The translations under genes and the position numbers were made by a program. A stretch of DNA of 64,000 nt from Yuukianura sp. NJ FZ-2021. Lineage: Eukaryota. The notes beneath the pieces are model-generated. The model ran no database searches, was not told where the DNA came from, and worked only from the letters and a program-made list of their open reading frames with translations. Every line of letters begins with the position of its first letter. The stretch's first letter is position 1. This document shows positions 32,801-47,800 of the stretch, in pieces. Location of the stretch: assembly GCA_046563655.1 (NCBI GenBank), contig CM102287.1, forward strand, positions 1,302,001-1,366,000. The letters run 5' to 3'.

Positions 32801-35800
32801 ATAACTTGTTGTCTATAAAGGCTTATAATCTGGACACAATGCTAATTACCTCTGTACAAGCTCATTTTTTAAAGCAGCAGTTTGGTAATTTTCAAAACTT
32901 CGTTTCTGAGAAACCGCTCACATGTATGCAAACAATGGGTTTTTTTTTGGAAATCAACAGGTTTGCCCGGTTACAAATTAGAGCATTAGTAGAATAACTT
33001 GTTGTCTATAAAGGCTTATAATCTGGACACAATGCTAATTACCTCTGTACAAGCTCATTTTTTAAAGCAGCAGTTTGGTCAAATTTCAAAACTTCGTTTC
33101 TGAGAAACCGCTCACATGTAGCAAACAATGGTTTTTTTTGGAAATCAACAGGTTTGCCCGGTTACAAATTAGAGCATTAGTAGAATAACTTGTTGTCTAT
33201 AAAGGCTTATAATCTGGACACAATGCTAATTACCTCTGTACAAGCTCATTTTTTAAAGCAGCAGTTTGGTAATTTTCAAAACTTCGTTTCTGAGAAACCG
33301 CTCACATGTATGCAAACAATGGGGTTTTTGGAAATCAACAGGTTTGCCCGGTTACAAATTAGAGCATTAGTAGAATAACTTGTTGTCTATAAAGGCTTAT
33401 AATCTGGACACAATGCTAATTACCTCTGTACAAGCTCATTTTTTAAAGCAGCAGTTTGGCAAATTTCAAAACTTCGTTTCTGAGAAACCGCTCACATGTA
33501 GCAAACAATGGGTTTTTTGGAAATCAACAGGTTTGCCCGGTTACAAATTAGAGCATTAGTAGAATAACTTGTTGTCTATAAAGGCTTATAATCTGGACAC
33601 AATGCTAATTACCTCTGTACAAGCTCATTTTTTAAAGCAGCAGTTTGGTAAATTTCAAAACTTCGTTTCTGAGAAACCGCTCACATGTATGCAAACAATG
33701 GTTTTTTGGAAATCAACAGGTTTGCCCGGTTACAAATTAGAGCATTAGTAGAATAACTTGTTGTCTATAAAGGCTTATAATCTGGACACAATGCTAATTA
33801 CCTCTGTACAAGCTCATTTTTTAAAGCAGCAGTTTGGCAAATTTCAAAACTTCGTTTCTGAGAAACCGCTCACATGTAGCAAACAATGGTTTTTTTTGGA
33901 AATCAACAGGTTTGCCCGGTTACAAATTAGAGCATTAGTAGAATAACTTGTTGTCTATAAAGGCTTATAATCTGGACACAATGCTAATTACCTCTGTACA
34001 AGCTCATTTTTTAAAGCAGCAGTTTGGTAAATTTCAAAACTTTGTTTCTGAGAAACCGCTCACATGTAGCAAACAATTTGGTTTTTTGGAAATCAACAGG
34101 TTTGCCCGGTTACAAATTAGAGCATTAGTAGAATAACTTGTTGTCTATAAAGGCTTATAATCTGGACACAATGCTAATTACCTCTGTACAAGCTCATTTT
34201 TTAAAGCAGCAGTTTGGTAAATTTCAAAACTTCGTTTCTGAGAAACCGCTCACATGTATGCAAACAATGGGTTTTTTTTGGAAATCAACAGGTTTGCCCG
34301 GTTACAAATTAGAGCATTAGTAGAATAACTTGTTGTCTATAAAGGCTTATATTCAGGACACAATGCTAATTACCTCTGTACACGCTCATCTTTTAAAGCA
34401 ACAGTTTGGTAAATTTCAAAACTTCGTTTCTGAGAAACCGCTCACATGTAGCAAACAATGGGTTTTTGGAAATCAACAGGTTTGCCCGGTTACAAATTAG
34501 AGCATTAGTAGAATAACTTGTGGTCTATAAAGGCTTATAATCTGGACACAATGCTAATTACCTCTGTACAAGCTCATTTTTTAAAGCAGCAGTTTGGTCA
34601 AATTTCAAAACTTCGTTTCTGAGAAACCGCTCACATGTAGCAAACAATGGGTTTTTTGGAAATCAACAGGTTTGCCCGGTTACAAATTAGAGCATTAGTA
34701 GAATAACTTGTTGTCTATAAAGGCTTATAATCTGGACACAATGCTAATTACCTCTGTACAAGCTCATTTTTTAAAGCAGCAGTTTGTCAAATTTCAAAAC
34801 TTCGTTTCTGAGAAACCGCTCACATGTAGCAAACAATGGTTTTTTTTTTTTGGAAATCAACAGGTTTGCCCGGTTACAAATTAGAGCATTAGTAGAATAA
34901 CTTGTTGTCTATAAAGGCTTATAATCTGGACACAATGCTAATTACCTCTGTACAAGCTCATTTTTTAAAGCAGCAGTTTGGTAATTTTCAAAACTTCGTT
35001 TCTGAGAAACCGCTCACATGTATGCAAACAATGGGGTTTTTTGGAAATCAACAGGTTTGCCCGGTTACAAATTAGAGCATTAGTAGAATAACTTGTTGTC
35101 TATAAAGGCTTATAATCTGGACACAATGCTAATTACCTCTGTACAAGCTCATTTTTTAAAGCAGCAGTTTGGCAAATTTCAAAACTTCGTTTCTGAGAAA
35201 CCGCTCACATGTAGCAAACAATGGTTTTTGGAAATCAACAGGTTTGCCCGGTTACAAATTAGAGCATTAGTAGAATAACTTGTTGTCTATAAAGGCTTAT
35301 AATCTGGACACAATGCTAATTACCTCTGTACAAGCTCATTTTTTAAAGCAGCAGTTTGGTAATTTCAAAACTTCGTTTCTGAGAAACCGCTCACATGTAG
35401 CAAACAATGGTTTTTTGGAAATCAACAGGTTTGCCCGGTTACAAATTAGAGCATTAGTAGAATAACTTGTTGTCTATAAAGGCTTATAATCTGGACACAA
35501 TGCTAATTACCTCTGTACAAGCTCATTTTTTAAAGCAGCAGTTTGGTAAATTTCAAAACTTCGTTTCTGAGAAACCGCTCACATGTATGCAAACAATGGG
35601 GTTTTTTGGAAATCAACAGGTTTGCCCGGTTACAAATTAGAGCATTAGTAGAATAACTTGTTGTCTATAAAGGCTTATAATCTGGACACAATGCTAATTA
35701 CCTCTGTACAAGCTCATTTTTTAAAGCAGCAGTTTGGTCAAATTTCAAAACTTCGTTTCTGAGAAACCGCTCACATGTAGCAAACAATGGTTTTTGGAAA

Positions 35801-38800
35801 TCAACAGGCTTGCCCGGTTACAAATTATAGCATTAGTAGAATAACTTGTTGTCTATAAAGGCTTATAATCTGGACACAATGCTAATTACCTCTGTACAAG
35901 CTCATTTTTTAAAGCAGCAGTTTGGTAAATTTCAAAACTTCGTTTCTGAGAAACCGCTCACATGTATGCAAACAATGGGGTTTTTGGAAATCAACAGGTT
36001 TGCCCGGTTACAAATTAGAGCATTAGTAGAATAACTTGTTGTCTATAAAGGCTTATAATCTGGACACAATGCTAATTACCTCTGTACAAGCTCATTTTTT
36101 AAAGCAGCAGTTTGGCAAATTTCAAAACTTCGTTTCTGAGAAACCGCTCACATGTAGCAAACAATGGGGTTTTTTGGAAATCAACAGGTTTGCCCGGTTA
36201 CAAATTAGAGCATTAGTAGAATAACTTGTTGTCTATAAAGGCTTATAATCTGGACACAATGCTAATTACCTCTGTACAAGCTCATTTTTTAAAGCAGCAG
36301 TTTGGTAAATTTCAAAACTTCGTTTCTGAGAAACCGCTCACATGTATGCAAACAATGGGGTTTTTGGAAATCAACAGGTTTGCATGGTTACAAATTAGAG
36401 CATCAGTAGAATAACTTGTTGTCTATAAAGGCTTATAATCTGGACACAAAGCTAATTACCTGTGTACACGCCCATCTTCTAAGGCAGCAGTATGATAAAT
36501 TTCAAAACTTCGTTTCTGAGAAACCGCTCACATGTTGACAAACAATAGGTTTTTTTTTGAAATCAACAGATTTGCCCGGTTACAAATTAGAGCATTAGTA
36601 GAATAACTTGTTGTCTATAAAGGCTTATAATCTGGACACAATGCTAATTACCTCTGTACAAGCTCATCTTCTAAAGCAGCAGTATAATAAATTTCAAAAC
36701 TTCGTTTCTGAGAAACCGCTCACATGTTGACAAACAATTTGGTTTTTTGGAAATCAACAGGTTTGCCCGGTTACAAATTAGAGCATTAGTAGAATAACTT
36801 GTTGTCTATAAAGGCTTATAATCTGGACACAATGCTAATTACCTCTGTACAAGCTCATTTTTTAAAGCAGCAGTTTGGTAAATTTCAAAACTTCGTTTCT
36901 GAGAAACCGCTCACATGTTGACAAACAATAGGTTTTTTTTTTTGAAATCAACAGATTTGCCCGGTTACAAATTAGAGCATTAGTAGAATAACTTGTTGTC
37001 TATAAAGGCTTATAATCTGGACACAATGCTAATTACCTGTGTACATGCTAATCTTTTAAAGCAGCAGTTTGGTCAAATTTCAAAACTTCGTTTCTGAGAA
37101 ACCGCTCACATGTAGCAAACAATGGTTTTTGGAAATCAACAGGTTTGCCCGGTTACAAATTAGAGCATTAGTAGAATAACTTGTTGTCTATAAAGGCTTA
37201 TAATCTGGACACAATGCTAATTACCTCTGTACAAGCTCATTTTTTAAAGCAGCAGTTTGGCAAATTTCAAAACTTCGTTTCTGAGAAACCGCTCACATGT
37301 AGCAAACAATGGGGTTTTTGGAAATCAACAGGTTTGCCCGGTTACAAATTAGAGCATTAGTAGAATAACTTGTTGTCTATAAAGGCTTATAATCTGGACA
37401 CAATGCTAATTACCTCTGTACAAGCTCATTTTTTAAAGCAGCAGTTTGGCAAATTTCAAAACTTCGTTTCTGAGAAACCGCTCACATGTAGCAAACAATG
37501 GTTTTTGGAAATCAACAGGTTTGCCCGGTTACAAATTAGAGCATTAGTAGAATAACTTGTTGTCTATAAAGGCTTATAATCTGGACACAATGCTAATTAC
37601 CTCTGTACAAGCTCATTTTTTAAAGCAGCAGTTTGGTAAATTTCAAAACTTCGTTTCTGAGAAACCGCTCACATGTAGCAAACAATGGTTTTTTTGGAAA
37701 TCAACAGGTTTGCCCGGTTACAAATTAGAGCATTAGTAGAATAACTTGTTGTCTATAAAGGCTTATAATCTGGACACAATGCTAATTACCTCTGTACACG
37801 CTCATCTTCTAAAGCAGCAGTTTGGTAAATTTCAAAACTTCGTTTCTGAGAAACCGCTCACATGTTGACAAACAATAGGGTTTTTTGGAAATCAACAGGT
37901 TTGCCCGGTTACAAATTAGAGCATTAGTAGAATAACTTGTTGTCTATAAAGGCTTATAATCTGGACACAATGCTAATTACCTCTGTACACGCTCATTTTT
38001 TAAAGCAGCAGTTTGGTAAATTTCAAAACTTCGTTTCTGAGAAACCGCTCACATGTAGCAAACAATGGGGTTTTGGAAATCAACAGGTTTGCCCGGTTAC
38101 AAATTAGAGCATTAGTAGAATAACTTGTTGTCTATAAAGGCTTATAATCTGGACACAATGCTAATTACCTCTGTACAAGCTCATTTTTTAAAGCAGCAGT
38201 TTGGCAAATTTCAAAACTTCGTTTCTGAGAAACCGCTCACATGTAGCAAACAATGGTTTTTTTTGGAAATCAACAGGTTTGCCCGGTTACAAATTAGAGC
38301 ATTAGTAGAATAACTTGTTGTCTATAAAGGCTTATAATCTGGACACAATGCTAATTACCTCTGTACAAGCTCATTTTTTAAAGCAGCAGTTTGGTAAATT
38401 TCAAAACTTCGTTTCTGAGAAACCGCTCACATGTATGCAAACAATGGGGTTTTTTGGAAATCAACAGGTTTGCCCGGTTACAAATTAGAGCATTAGTAGA
38501 ATAACTTGTTGTCTATAAAGGCTTATAATCTGGACACAATGCTAATTACCTCTGTACAAGCTCATTTTTTAAAGCAGCAGTTTGGCAAATTTCAAAACTT
38601 CGTTTCTGAGAAACCGCTCACATGTAGCAAACAATGGTTTTTTTTTTTTTGGAAATCAACAGGTTTGACTGGTTACAAATTAGAGCATTAGTAGAATAAC
38701 TTGTTGTCTATAAAGGCTTATAATCTGGACACAATGCTAATTACCTCTGTACAAGCTCATTTTTTAAAGCAGCAGTTTGGTAATTTTCAAAACTTCGTTT

Positions 38801-41800
38801 CTGAGAAACCGCTCACATGTAGCAAACAATGTTTTTTTTGGAAATCAACAGGTTTGCCCGGTTACAAATTAGAGCATTAGTAGAATAACTTGTTGTCTAT
38901 AAAGGCTTATAATCTGGACACAATGCTAATTACCTCTGTACAAGCTCATTTTTTAAAGCAGCAGTTTGGTAAATTTCAAAACTTCGTTTCTGAGAAACCG
39001 CTCACATGTATGCAAACAATGGGGTTTTTTGGAAATCAACAGGTTTGCCCGGTTACAAATTAGAGCATTAGTAGAATAACTTGTTGTCTATAAAGGCTTA
39101 TAATCTGGACACAATGCTAATTACCTCTGTACAAGCTCATTTTTTAAAGCAGCAGTTTGGCAAATTTCAAAACTTCGTTTCTGAGAAACCGCTCACATGT
39201 AGCAAACAATGGGTTTTTGGAAATCAACAGGTTTGCCCGGTTACAAATTAGAGCATTAGTAGAATAACTTGTTGTCTATAAAGGCTTATAATCTGGACAC
39301 AATGCTAATTACCTCTGTACAAGCTCATTTTTTAAAGCAGCAGTTTGGCAAATTTCAAAACTTCGTTTCTGAGAAACCGCTCACATGTAGCAAACAATGG
39401 TTTTTTTTTAGAAATCAACAGGTTTGACTGGTTACAAATTAGAGCATTAGTAGAATAACTTGTTGTCTATAAAGGCTTATAATCTGGACACAATGCTAAT
39501 TACCTCTGTACAAGCTCATTTTTTAAAGCAGCAGTTTGGTAATTTTCAAAACTTCGTTTCTGAGAAACCGCTCACATGTATGCAAACAATGGTTTTTGGA
39601 AATCAACAGGTTTGCCCGGTTACAAATTAGAGCATTAGTAGAATAACTTGTTGTCTATAAAGGCTTATAATCTGGACACAATGCTAATTACCTCTGTACA
39701 AGCTCATTTTTTAAAGCAGCAGTTTGGCAAATTTCAAAACTTCGTTTCTGAGAAACCGCTCACATGTAGCAAACAATGGTTTTTTTGGAAATCAACAGGT
39801 TTGCCCGGTTACAAATTAGAGCATTAGTAGAATAACTTGTTGTCTATAAAGGCTTATAATCTGGACACAATGCTAATTACCTCTGTACAAGCTCATTTTT
39901 TAAAGCAGCAGTTTGGTCAAATTTCAAAACTTCGTTTCTGAGAAACCGCTCACATGTAGCAAACAATGGTTTTTGGAAATCAACAGGTTTGCCGGGTTAC
40001 AAATTAGAGCATTAGTAGAATAACTTGTTGTCTATAAAGGCTTATAATCTGGACACAATGCTAATTACCTCTGTACAAGCTCATTTTTTAAAGCAGCAGT
40101 TTGGTAATTTTCAAAACTTCGTTTCTGAGAAACCGCTCACATGTAGACAAACAATGGGGTTTTTTGGAAATCAACAGGTTTGCCCGGTTACAAATTAGAG
40201 CATTAGTAGAATAACTTGTTGTCTATAAAGGCTTATAATCTGGACACAATGCTAATTACCTCTGTACACGCTCATTTTTTAAAGCAGCAGTTTGGTAAAT
40301 TTCAAAACTTCGTTTCTGAGAAACCGCTCACATGTAGCAAACAATAGGGTTTTTTGGAAATCAACAGGTTTGCCCGGTTACAAATTAGAGCATTAGTAGA
40401 ATAACTTGTTGTCTATAAAGGCTTATAATCTGGACACAATGCTAATTACCTCTGTACAAGCTCATTTTTTAAAGCAGCAGTTTGGCAAATTTCAAAACTT
40501 CGTTTCTGAGAAACCGCTCACATGTAGCAAACAATGGTTTTTGGAAATCAACAGGTTTGCCCGGTTACAAATTAGAGCATTAGTAGAATAACTTGTTGTC
40601 TATAAAGGCTTATAATCTGGACACAATGCTAATTACCTCTGTACAAGCTCATTTTTTAAAGCAGCAGTTTGGCAAATTTCAAAACTTCGTTTCTGAGAAA
40701 CCGCTCACATGTAGCAAACAATTTGGTTTTTTGGAAATCAACAGGTTTGCCCGGTTACAAATTAGAGCATTAGTAGAATAACTTGTTGTCTATAAAGGCT
40801 TATAATCTGGACACAATGCTAATTACCTCTGTACAAGCTCATTTTTTAAAGCAGCAGTTTGGTAATTTTCAAAACTTCGTTTCTGAGAAACCGCTCACAT
40901 GTATGCAAACAATGGGGTTTTTTGGAAATCAACAGGTTTGCCCGGTTACAAATTAGAGCATTAGTAGAATAACTTGTTGTCTATAAAGGCTTATAATCTG
41001 GACACAATGCTAATTACCTCTGTACAAGCTCATTTTTTAAAGCAGCAGTTTGGTAAATTTCAAAACTTCGTTTCTGAGAAACCGCTCACATGTAGAAAAC
41101 AATGGGGTTTTTTGGAAATCAACAGGTTTGCCCGGTTACAAATTAGAGCATTAGTAGAATAACTTGTTGTCTATAAAGGCTTATAATCTGGACACAATGC
41201 TAATTACCTCTGTACAAGCTCATTTTTTAAAGCAGCAGTTTGGCAAATTTCAAAACTTCGTTTCTGAGAAACCGCTCACATGTAGCAAACAATGGGGTTT
41301 TTTGGAAATCAACAGGTTTGCCCGGTTACAAATTAGAGCATTAGTAGAATAACTTGTTGTCTATAAAGGCTTATAATCTGGACACAATGCTAATTACCTC
41401 TGTACAAGCTCATTTTTTAAAGCAGCAGTTTGGCAAATTTCAAAACTTCGTTTCTGAGAAACCGCTCACATGTAGCAAACAATGGTTTTGGAAATCAACA
41501 GGTTTGCCCGGTTACAAATTAGAGCATTAGTAGAATAACTTGTTGTCTATAAAGGCTTATAATCTGGACACAATGCTAATTACCTCTGTACAAGCTCATT
41601 TTTTAAAGCAGCAGTTTGGTAAATTTCAAAACTTCGTTTCTGAGAAACCGCTCACATGCTGACAAACAATGGGTTTCTTGGAAATCAACAGGTTTGCCCG
41701 GTTACAAATTAGAGCATTAGTAGAATAACTTGTTGTCTATAAAGGCTTATAATCTGGACACAATGCTAATTACCTCTGTACAAGCTCATTTTTTAAAGCA

Positions 41801-44800
41801 GCAGTTTGGTAAATTTCAAAACTTCGTTTCTGAGAAACCGCTCACATGTATGCAAACAATGGTTTTTTTTTTGGAAATCAACATGTTTGCCCGGTTACAA
41901 ATTAGAGCATTAGTAGAATAACTTGTTGTCTATAAAGGCTTATAATCTGGACACAATGCTAATTACCTCTGTACAAGCTCATTTTTTAAAGCAGCAGTTT
42001 GGTCAAATTTCAAAACTTCGTTTCTGAGAAACCGCTCACATGTAGCAAACAATGGTTTTTGGAAATCAACAGGTTTGCCCGGTTACAAATTAGAGCATTA
42101 GTAGAATAACTTGTTGTCTATAAAGGCTTATAATCTGGACACAATGCTAATTACCTCTGTACAAGCTCATTTTTTAAAGCAGCAGTTTGGCAAATTTCAA
42201 AACTTCGTTTCTGAGAAACCGCTCACATGTAGCAAACAATGGTTTTGGAAATCATCAGGTTTGCCCGGTTACAAATTAGAGCATTAGTAGAATAACTTGT
42301 TGTCTATAAAGGCTTATAATCTGGACACAATGCTAATTACCTCTGTACAAGCTCATTTTTTAAAGCAGCAGTTTGGTAAATTTCAAAACTTCGTTTCTGA
42401 GAAACCGCTCACATGTATGCAAACAATGGGTTTTTTTTTGGAAATCAACAGGTTTGCCCGGTTACAAATTAGAGCATTAGTAGAATAACTTGTTGTCTAT
42501 AAAGGCTTATAATCTGGACACAATGCTAATTACCTCTGTACAAGCTCATTTTTTAAAGCAGCAGTTTGGCAAATTTCAAAACTTCGTTTCTGAGAAACCG
42601 CTCACATGTAGCAAACAATGGTTTTTGGAAATCAACAGGTTTGCCCGGTTACAAATTAGAGCATTAGTAGAATAACTTGTTGTCTATAAAGGCTTATAAT
42701 CTGGACACAATGCTAATTACCTCTGTACAAGCTCATTTTTTAAAGCAGCAGTTTGGTAAATTTCAAAACTTCGTTTCTGAGAAACCGCTCACATGTATGC
42801 AAACAATTTGGTTTTTTGGAAATCAACAGGTTTGCCCGGTTACAAATTAGAGCATTAGTAGAATAACTTGTTGTCTATAAAGGCTTATAATCTGGACACA
42901 ATGCTAATTACCTCTGTACAAGCTCATTTTTTAAAGCAGCAGTTTGGTAAATTTCAAAACTTCGTTTCTGAGAAACCGCTCACATGTATGCAAACAATGG
43001 GGTTTTTTGGAAATCAACAGGGTTGCCCGGTTACAAATTAGAGCAGTAGTAGAATAACTTGTTGTCTATAAAGGCTTATAATCTGGACACAATGCTAATT
43101 ACCTCTGTACAAGCTCATTTTTTAAAGCAGCAGTTTGGCAAATTTCAAAACTTCGTTTCTGAGAAACCGCTCACATGTAGCAAACAATGGTTTTGGAAAT
43201 CAACAGGTTTGCCCGGTTACAAATTAGAGCATTAGTAGAATAACTTGTTGTCTATAAAGGCTTATAATCTGGACACAATGCTAATTACCTCTGTACAAGC
43301 TCATTTTTTAAAGCAGCAGTTTGGCAAATTTCAAAACTTCGTTTCTGAGAAACCGCTCACATGTAGCAAACAATGGTTTTTGGAAATCAACAGGTTTGCC
43401 CGGTTACAAATTAGAGCATTAGTAGAATAACTTGTTGTCTATAAAGGCTTATAATCTGGACACAATGCTAATTACCTCTGTACAAGCTCATTTTTTAAAG
43501 CAGCAGTTTGGTCAAATTTCAAAACTTCGTTTCTGAGAAACCGCTCACATGTAGCAAACAATGGTTTTTGGAAATCAACAGGTTTGCCCGGTTACAAATT
43601 AGAGCATTAGTAGAATAACTTGTTGTCTATAAAGGCTTATAATCTGGACACAATGCTAATTACCTCTGTACAAGCTCATTTTTTAAAGCAGCAGTTTGGC
43701 AAATTTCAAAACTTCGTTTCTGAGAAACCGCTCACATGTATGCAAACAATGGGGTTTTTTGGAAATCAACAGGTTTGCCCGGTTACAAATTAGAGCATTA
43801 GTAGAATAACTTGTTGTCTATAAAGGCTTATAATCTGGACACAATGCTAATTACCTCTGTACAAGCTCATTTTTTAAAGCAGCAGTTTGGCAAATTTCAA
43901 AACTTCGTTTCTGAGAAACCGCTCACATGTAGCAAACAATGGTTTTTTGGAAATCAACAGGTTTGCCCGGTTACAAATTAGAGCATTAGTAGAATAACTT
44001 GTTGTCTATAAAGGCTTATAATCTGGACACAATGCTAATTACCTCTGTACAAGCTCATTTTTTAAAGCAGCAGTTTGGTAATTTTCAAAACTTCGTTTCT
44101 GAGAAACCGCTCACATGTATGCAAACAATGGGGTTTTTTGGAAATCAACAGGTTTGCCCGGTTACAAATTAGAGCATTAGTAGAATAACTTGTTGTCTAT
44201 AAAGGCTTATAATCTGGACACAATGCTAATTACCTCTGTACAAGCTCATTTTTTAAAGCAGCAGTTTGGCAAATTTCAAAACTTCGTTTCTGAGAAACCG
44301 CTCACATGTAGCAAACAATGGTTTTTGGAAATCAACAGGTTTGCCCGGTTACAAATTAGAGCATTAGTAGAATAACTTGTTGTCTATAAAGGCTTATAAT
44401 CTGGACACAATGCTAATTACCTCTGTACAAGCTCATTTTTTAAAGCAGCAGTTTGGTAAATTTCAAAACTTCGTTTCTGAGAAACCGCTCACATGTATGC
44501 AAACAATGGTTTTTTGGAAATCAACAGGTTTGCCCGGTTACAAATTAGAGCATTAGTAGAATAACTTGTTGTCTATAAAGGCTTATAATCTGGACACAAT
44601 GCTAATTACCTCTGTACATGCTCATCTTTTAAAGCAGCAGTTTGGTAAATTTCAAAACTTTGTTTCTGAGAAACCGCTCACATGTAGCAAACAATGGTTT
44701 TTGAAAATCAACAGGTTTGCCCGGTTACAAATTAGAGCATTAGTAGAATAACTTGTTGTCTATAAAGGCTTATAATCTGGACACAATGCTAATTACCTCT

Positions 44801-47800
44801 GTACAAGCTCATTTTTTAAAGCAGCAGTTTGGTAAATTTCAAAACTTCGTTTCTGAGAAACCGCTCACATGTATGCAAACAATAGGTTTTTTTTGGAAAT
44901 CAACAGGTTTGCCCGGTTACAAATTAGAGCATTAGTAGAATAACTTGTTGTCTATAAAGGCTTATAATCTGGACACAATGCTAATTACCTCTGTACAAGC
45001 TCATTTTTTAAAGCAGCAGTTTGGTAAATTTCAAAACTTCGTTTCTGAGAAACCGCTCACATGTATGCAAACAATGGTTTTTTTTTTTTGGAAATCAACA
45101 GGTTTGCCCGGTTACAAATTAGAGCATTAGTAGAATAACTTGTTGTCTATAAAGGCTTATAATCTGGACACAATGCTAATTACCTCTGTACAAGCTCATT
45201 TTTTAAAGCAGCAGTTTGGTAAATTTCAAAACTTCGTTTCTGAGAAACCGCTCACATGTATGCAAACAATGGGTTTTTTTTTGGAAATCAACAGGTTTGC
45301 CCGGTTACAAATTAGAGCATTAGTAGAATAACTTGTTGTCTATAAAGGCTTATAATCTGGACACAATGCTAATTACCTCTGTACAAGCTCATTTTTTAAA
45401 GCAGCAGTTTGGTAAATTTCAAAACTTTGTTTCTGAGAAACCGCTCACATGTGGACAAACAATGAGGTTTTTTGGAAATCAACAGGTTTGCCCGGTTACA
45501 AATTAGAGCATTAGTAGAATAACTTGTTGTCTATAAAGGCTTATAATCTGGACACAATGCTAATTACCTCTGTACAAGCTCATTTTTTAAAGCAGCAGTT
45601 TGGTAAATTTCAAAACTTCGTTTCTGAGAAACCGCTCACATGTATGCAAACAATGGGTTTTTTTTGGAAATCAGCAGGTTTGCCCGGTTACAAATTAGAG
45701 CATTAGTAGAATAACTTGTTGTCTATAAAGGCTTATAATCTGGACACAATGCTAATTACCTCTGTACAAGCTCATTTTTTAAAGCAGCAGTTTGGTAAAT
45801 TTCAAAACTTCGTTTCTGAGAAACCGCTCACATGTAGCAAACAATGGGGTTTTTTGGAAATCAACAGGTTTGCCCGGTTACAAATTAGAGCATTAGTAGA
45901 ATAACTTGTTGTCTATAAAGGCTTATAATCTGGACACAATGCTAATTACCTCTGTACAAGCTCATTTTTTAAAGCAGCAGTTTGGCAAATTTCAAAACTT
46001 CGTTTCTGAGAAACCGCTCACATGTAGCAAACAATGGTTTTTTGGAAATCATCAGGTTTGCCCGGTTACAAATTAGAGCATTAGTAGAATAACTTGTTGT
46101 CTATAAAGGCTTATAATCTGGACACAATGCTAATTACCTCTGTACACGCTCATTTTTTAAAGCAGCAGTTTGGTAAATTTCAAAACTTCGTTTCTGAGAA
46201 ACCGCTCACATGTATGCAAACAATGGTTTTTTTTGGAAATCAACAGGTTTGCCCGGTTACAAATTAGAGCATTAGTAGAATAACTTGTTGTCTATAAAGG
46301 CTTATAATCTGGACACAATGCTAATTACCTCTGTACACGCTCATTTTTTAAAGCAGCAGTTTGGTAAATTTCAAAACTTCGTTTCTGAGAAACCGCTCAC
46401 ATGTATGCAAACAATGGGGTTTTTTGGAAATCAACAGGTTTGCCCGGTTACAAATTAGAGCATTAGTAGAATAACTTGTTGTCTATAAAGGCTTATAATC
46501 TGGACACAATGCTAATTACCTCTGTACAAGCTCATTTTTTAAAGCAGCAGTTTGGTAAATTTCAAAACTTCGTTTCTGAGAAACCGCTCACATGTTGACA
46601 AACAATTGGGTTTTTTGGAAATCAACAGGTTTGCCCGGTTACAAATTAGAGCATTAGTAGAATAACTTGTTGTCTATAAAGGCTTATAATCTGGACACAA
46701 TGCTAATTACCTCTGTACACGCTCATTTTTTAAAGCAGCAGTTTGGTAAATTTCAAAACTTCGTTTCTGAGAAACCGCTCACATGTATGCAAACAATGGG
46801 GTTTTTTGGAAATCAACAGGTTTGCCCGGTTACAAATTAGAGCATTAGTAGAATAACTTGTTGTCTATAAAGGCTTATAATCTGGACACAATGCTAATTA
46901 CCTCTGTACAAGCTCATTTTTTAAAGCAGCAGTTTGGTAAATTTCAAAACTTTGTTTCTGAGAAACCGCTCACATGTAGCAAACAATGGTTTTTGGAAAC
47001 CATCAGGTTTGCCCGGTTACAAATTAGAGCATTAGTAGAATAACTTGTTGTCTATAAAGGCTTATAATCTGGACACAATGCTAATTACCTCTGTACAAGC
47101 TCATCTTTTAAAGCAGCAGTTTGGTAAATTTCAAAACTTCGTTTCTGAGAAACCGCTCACATGTAGCAAACAATGGGTTTTTTGGAAATCAACAGGTTTG
47201 CCCGGTTACAAATTAGAGCATTAGTAGAATAACTTGTTGTCTATAAAGGCTTATAATCTGGACACAATGCTAATTACCTCTGTACAAGCTCATTTTTTAA
47301 AGCAGCAGTTTGGTAAATTTCAAAACTTTGTTTCTGAGAAACCGCTCACATGCTGACAAACAATAGGTTTTTTTGAAAATCAACAGGTTTGCCCGGTTAC
47401 AAATTAGAGCATTAGTAGAATAACTTGTTGTCTATAAAGGCTTATAATCTGGACACAATGCTAATTACCTCTGTACAAGCTCATTTTTTAAAGCAGCAGT
47501 TTGGCAAATTTCAAAACTTCGTTTCTGAGAAACCGCTCACATGTAGCAAACAATGGGGTTTTTGGAAATCAACAGGTTTGCCCGGTTACAAATTAGAGCA
47601 TTAGTAGAATAACTTGTTGTCTATAAAGGCTTATAATCTGGACACAATGCTAATTACCTCTGTACAAGCTCATTTTTTAAAGCAGCAGTTTGGTAAATTT
47701 CAAAACTTCGTTTCTGAGAAACCGCTCACATGTATGCAAACAATGGGGTTTTGGAAATCAACAGGTTTGCCCGGTTACAAATTAGAGCATTAGTAGAATA

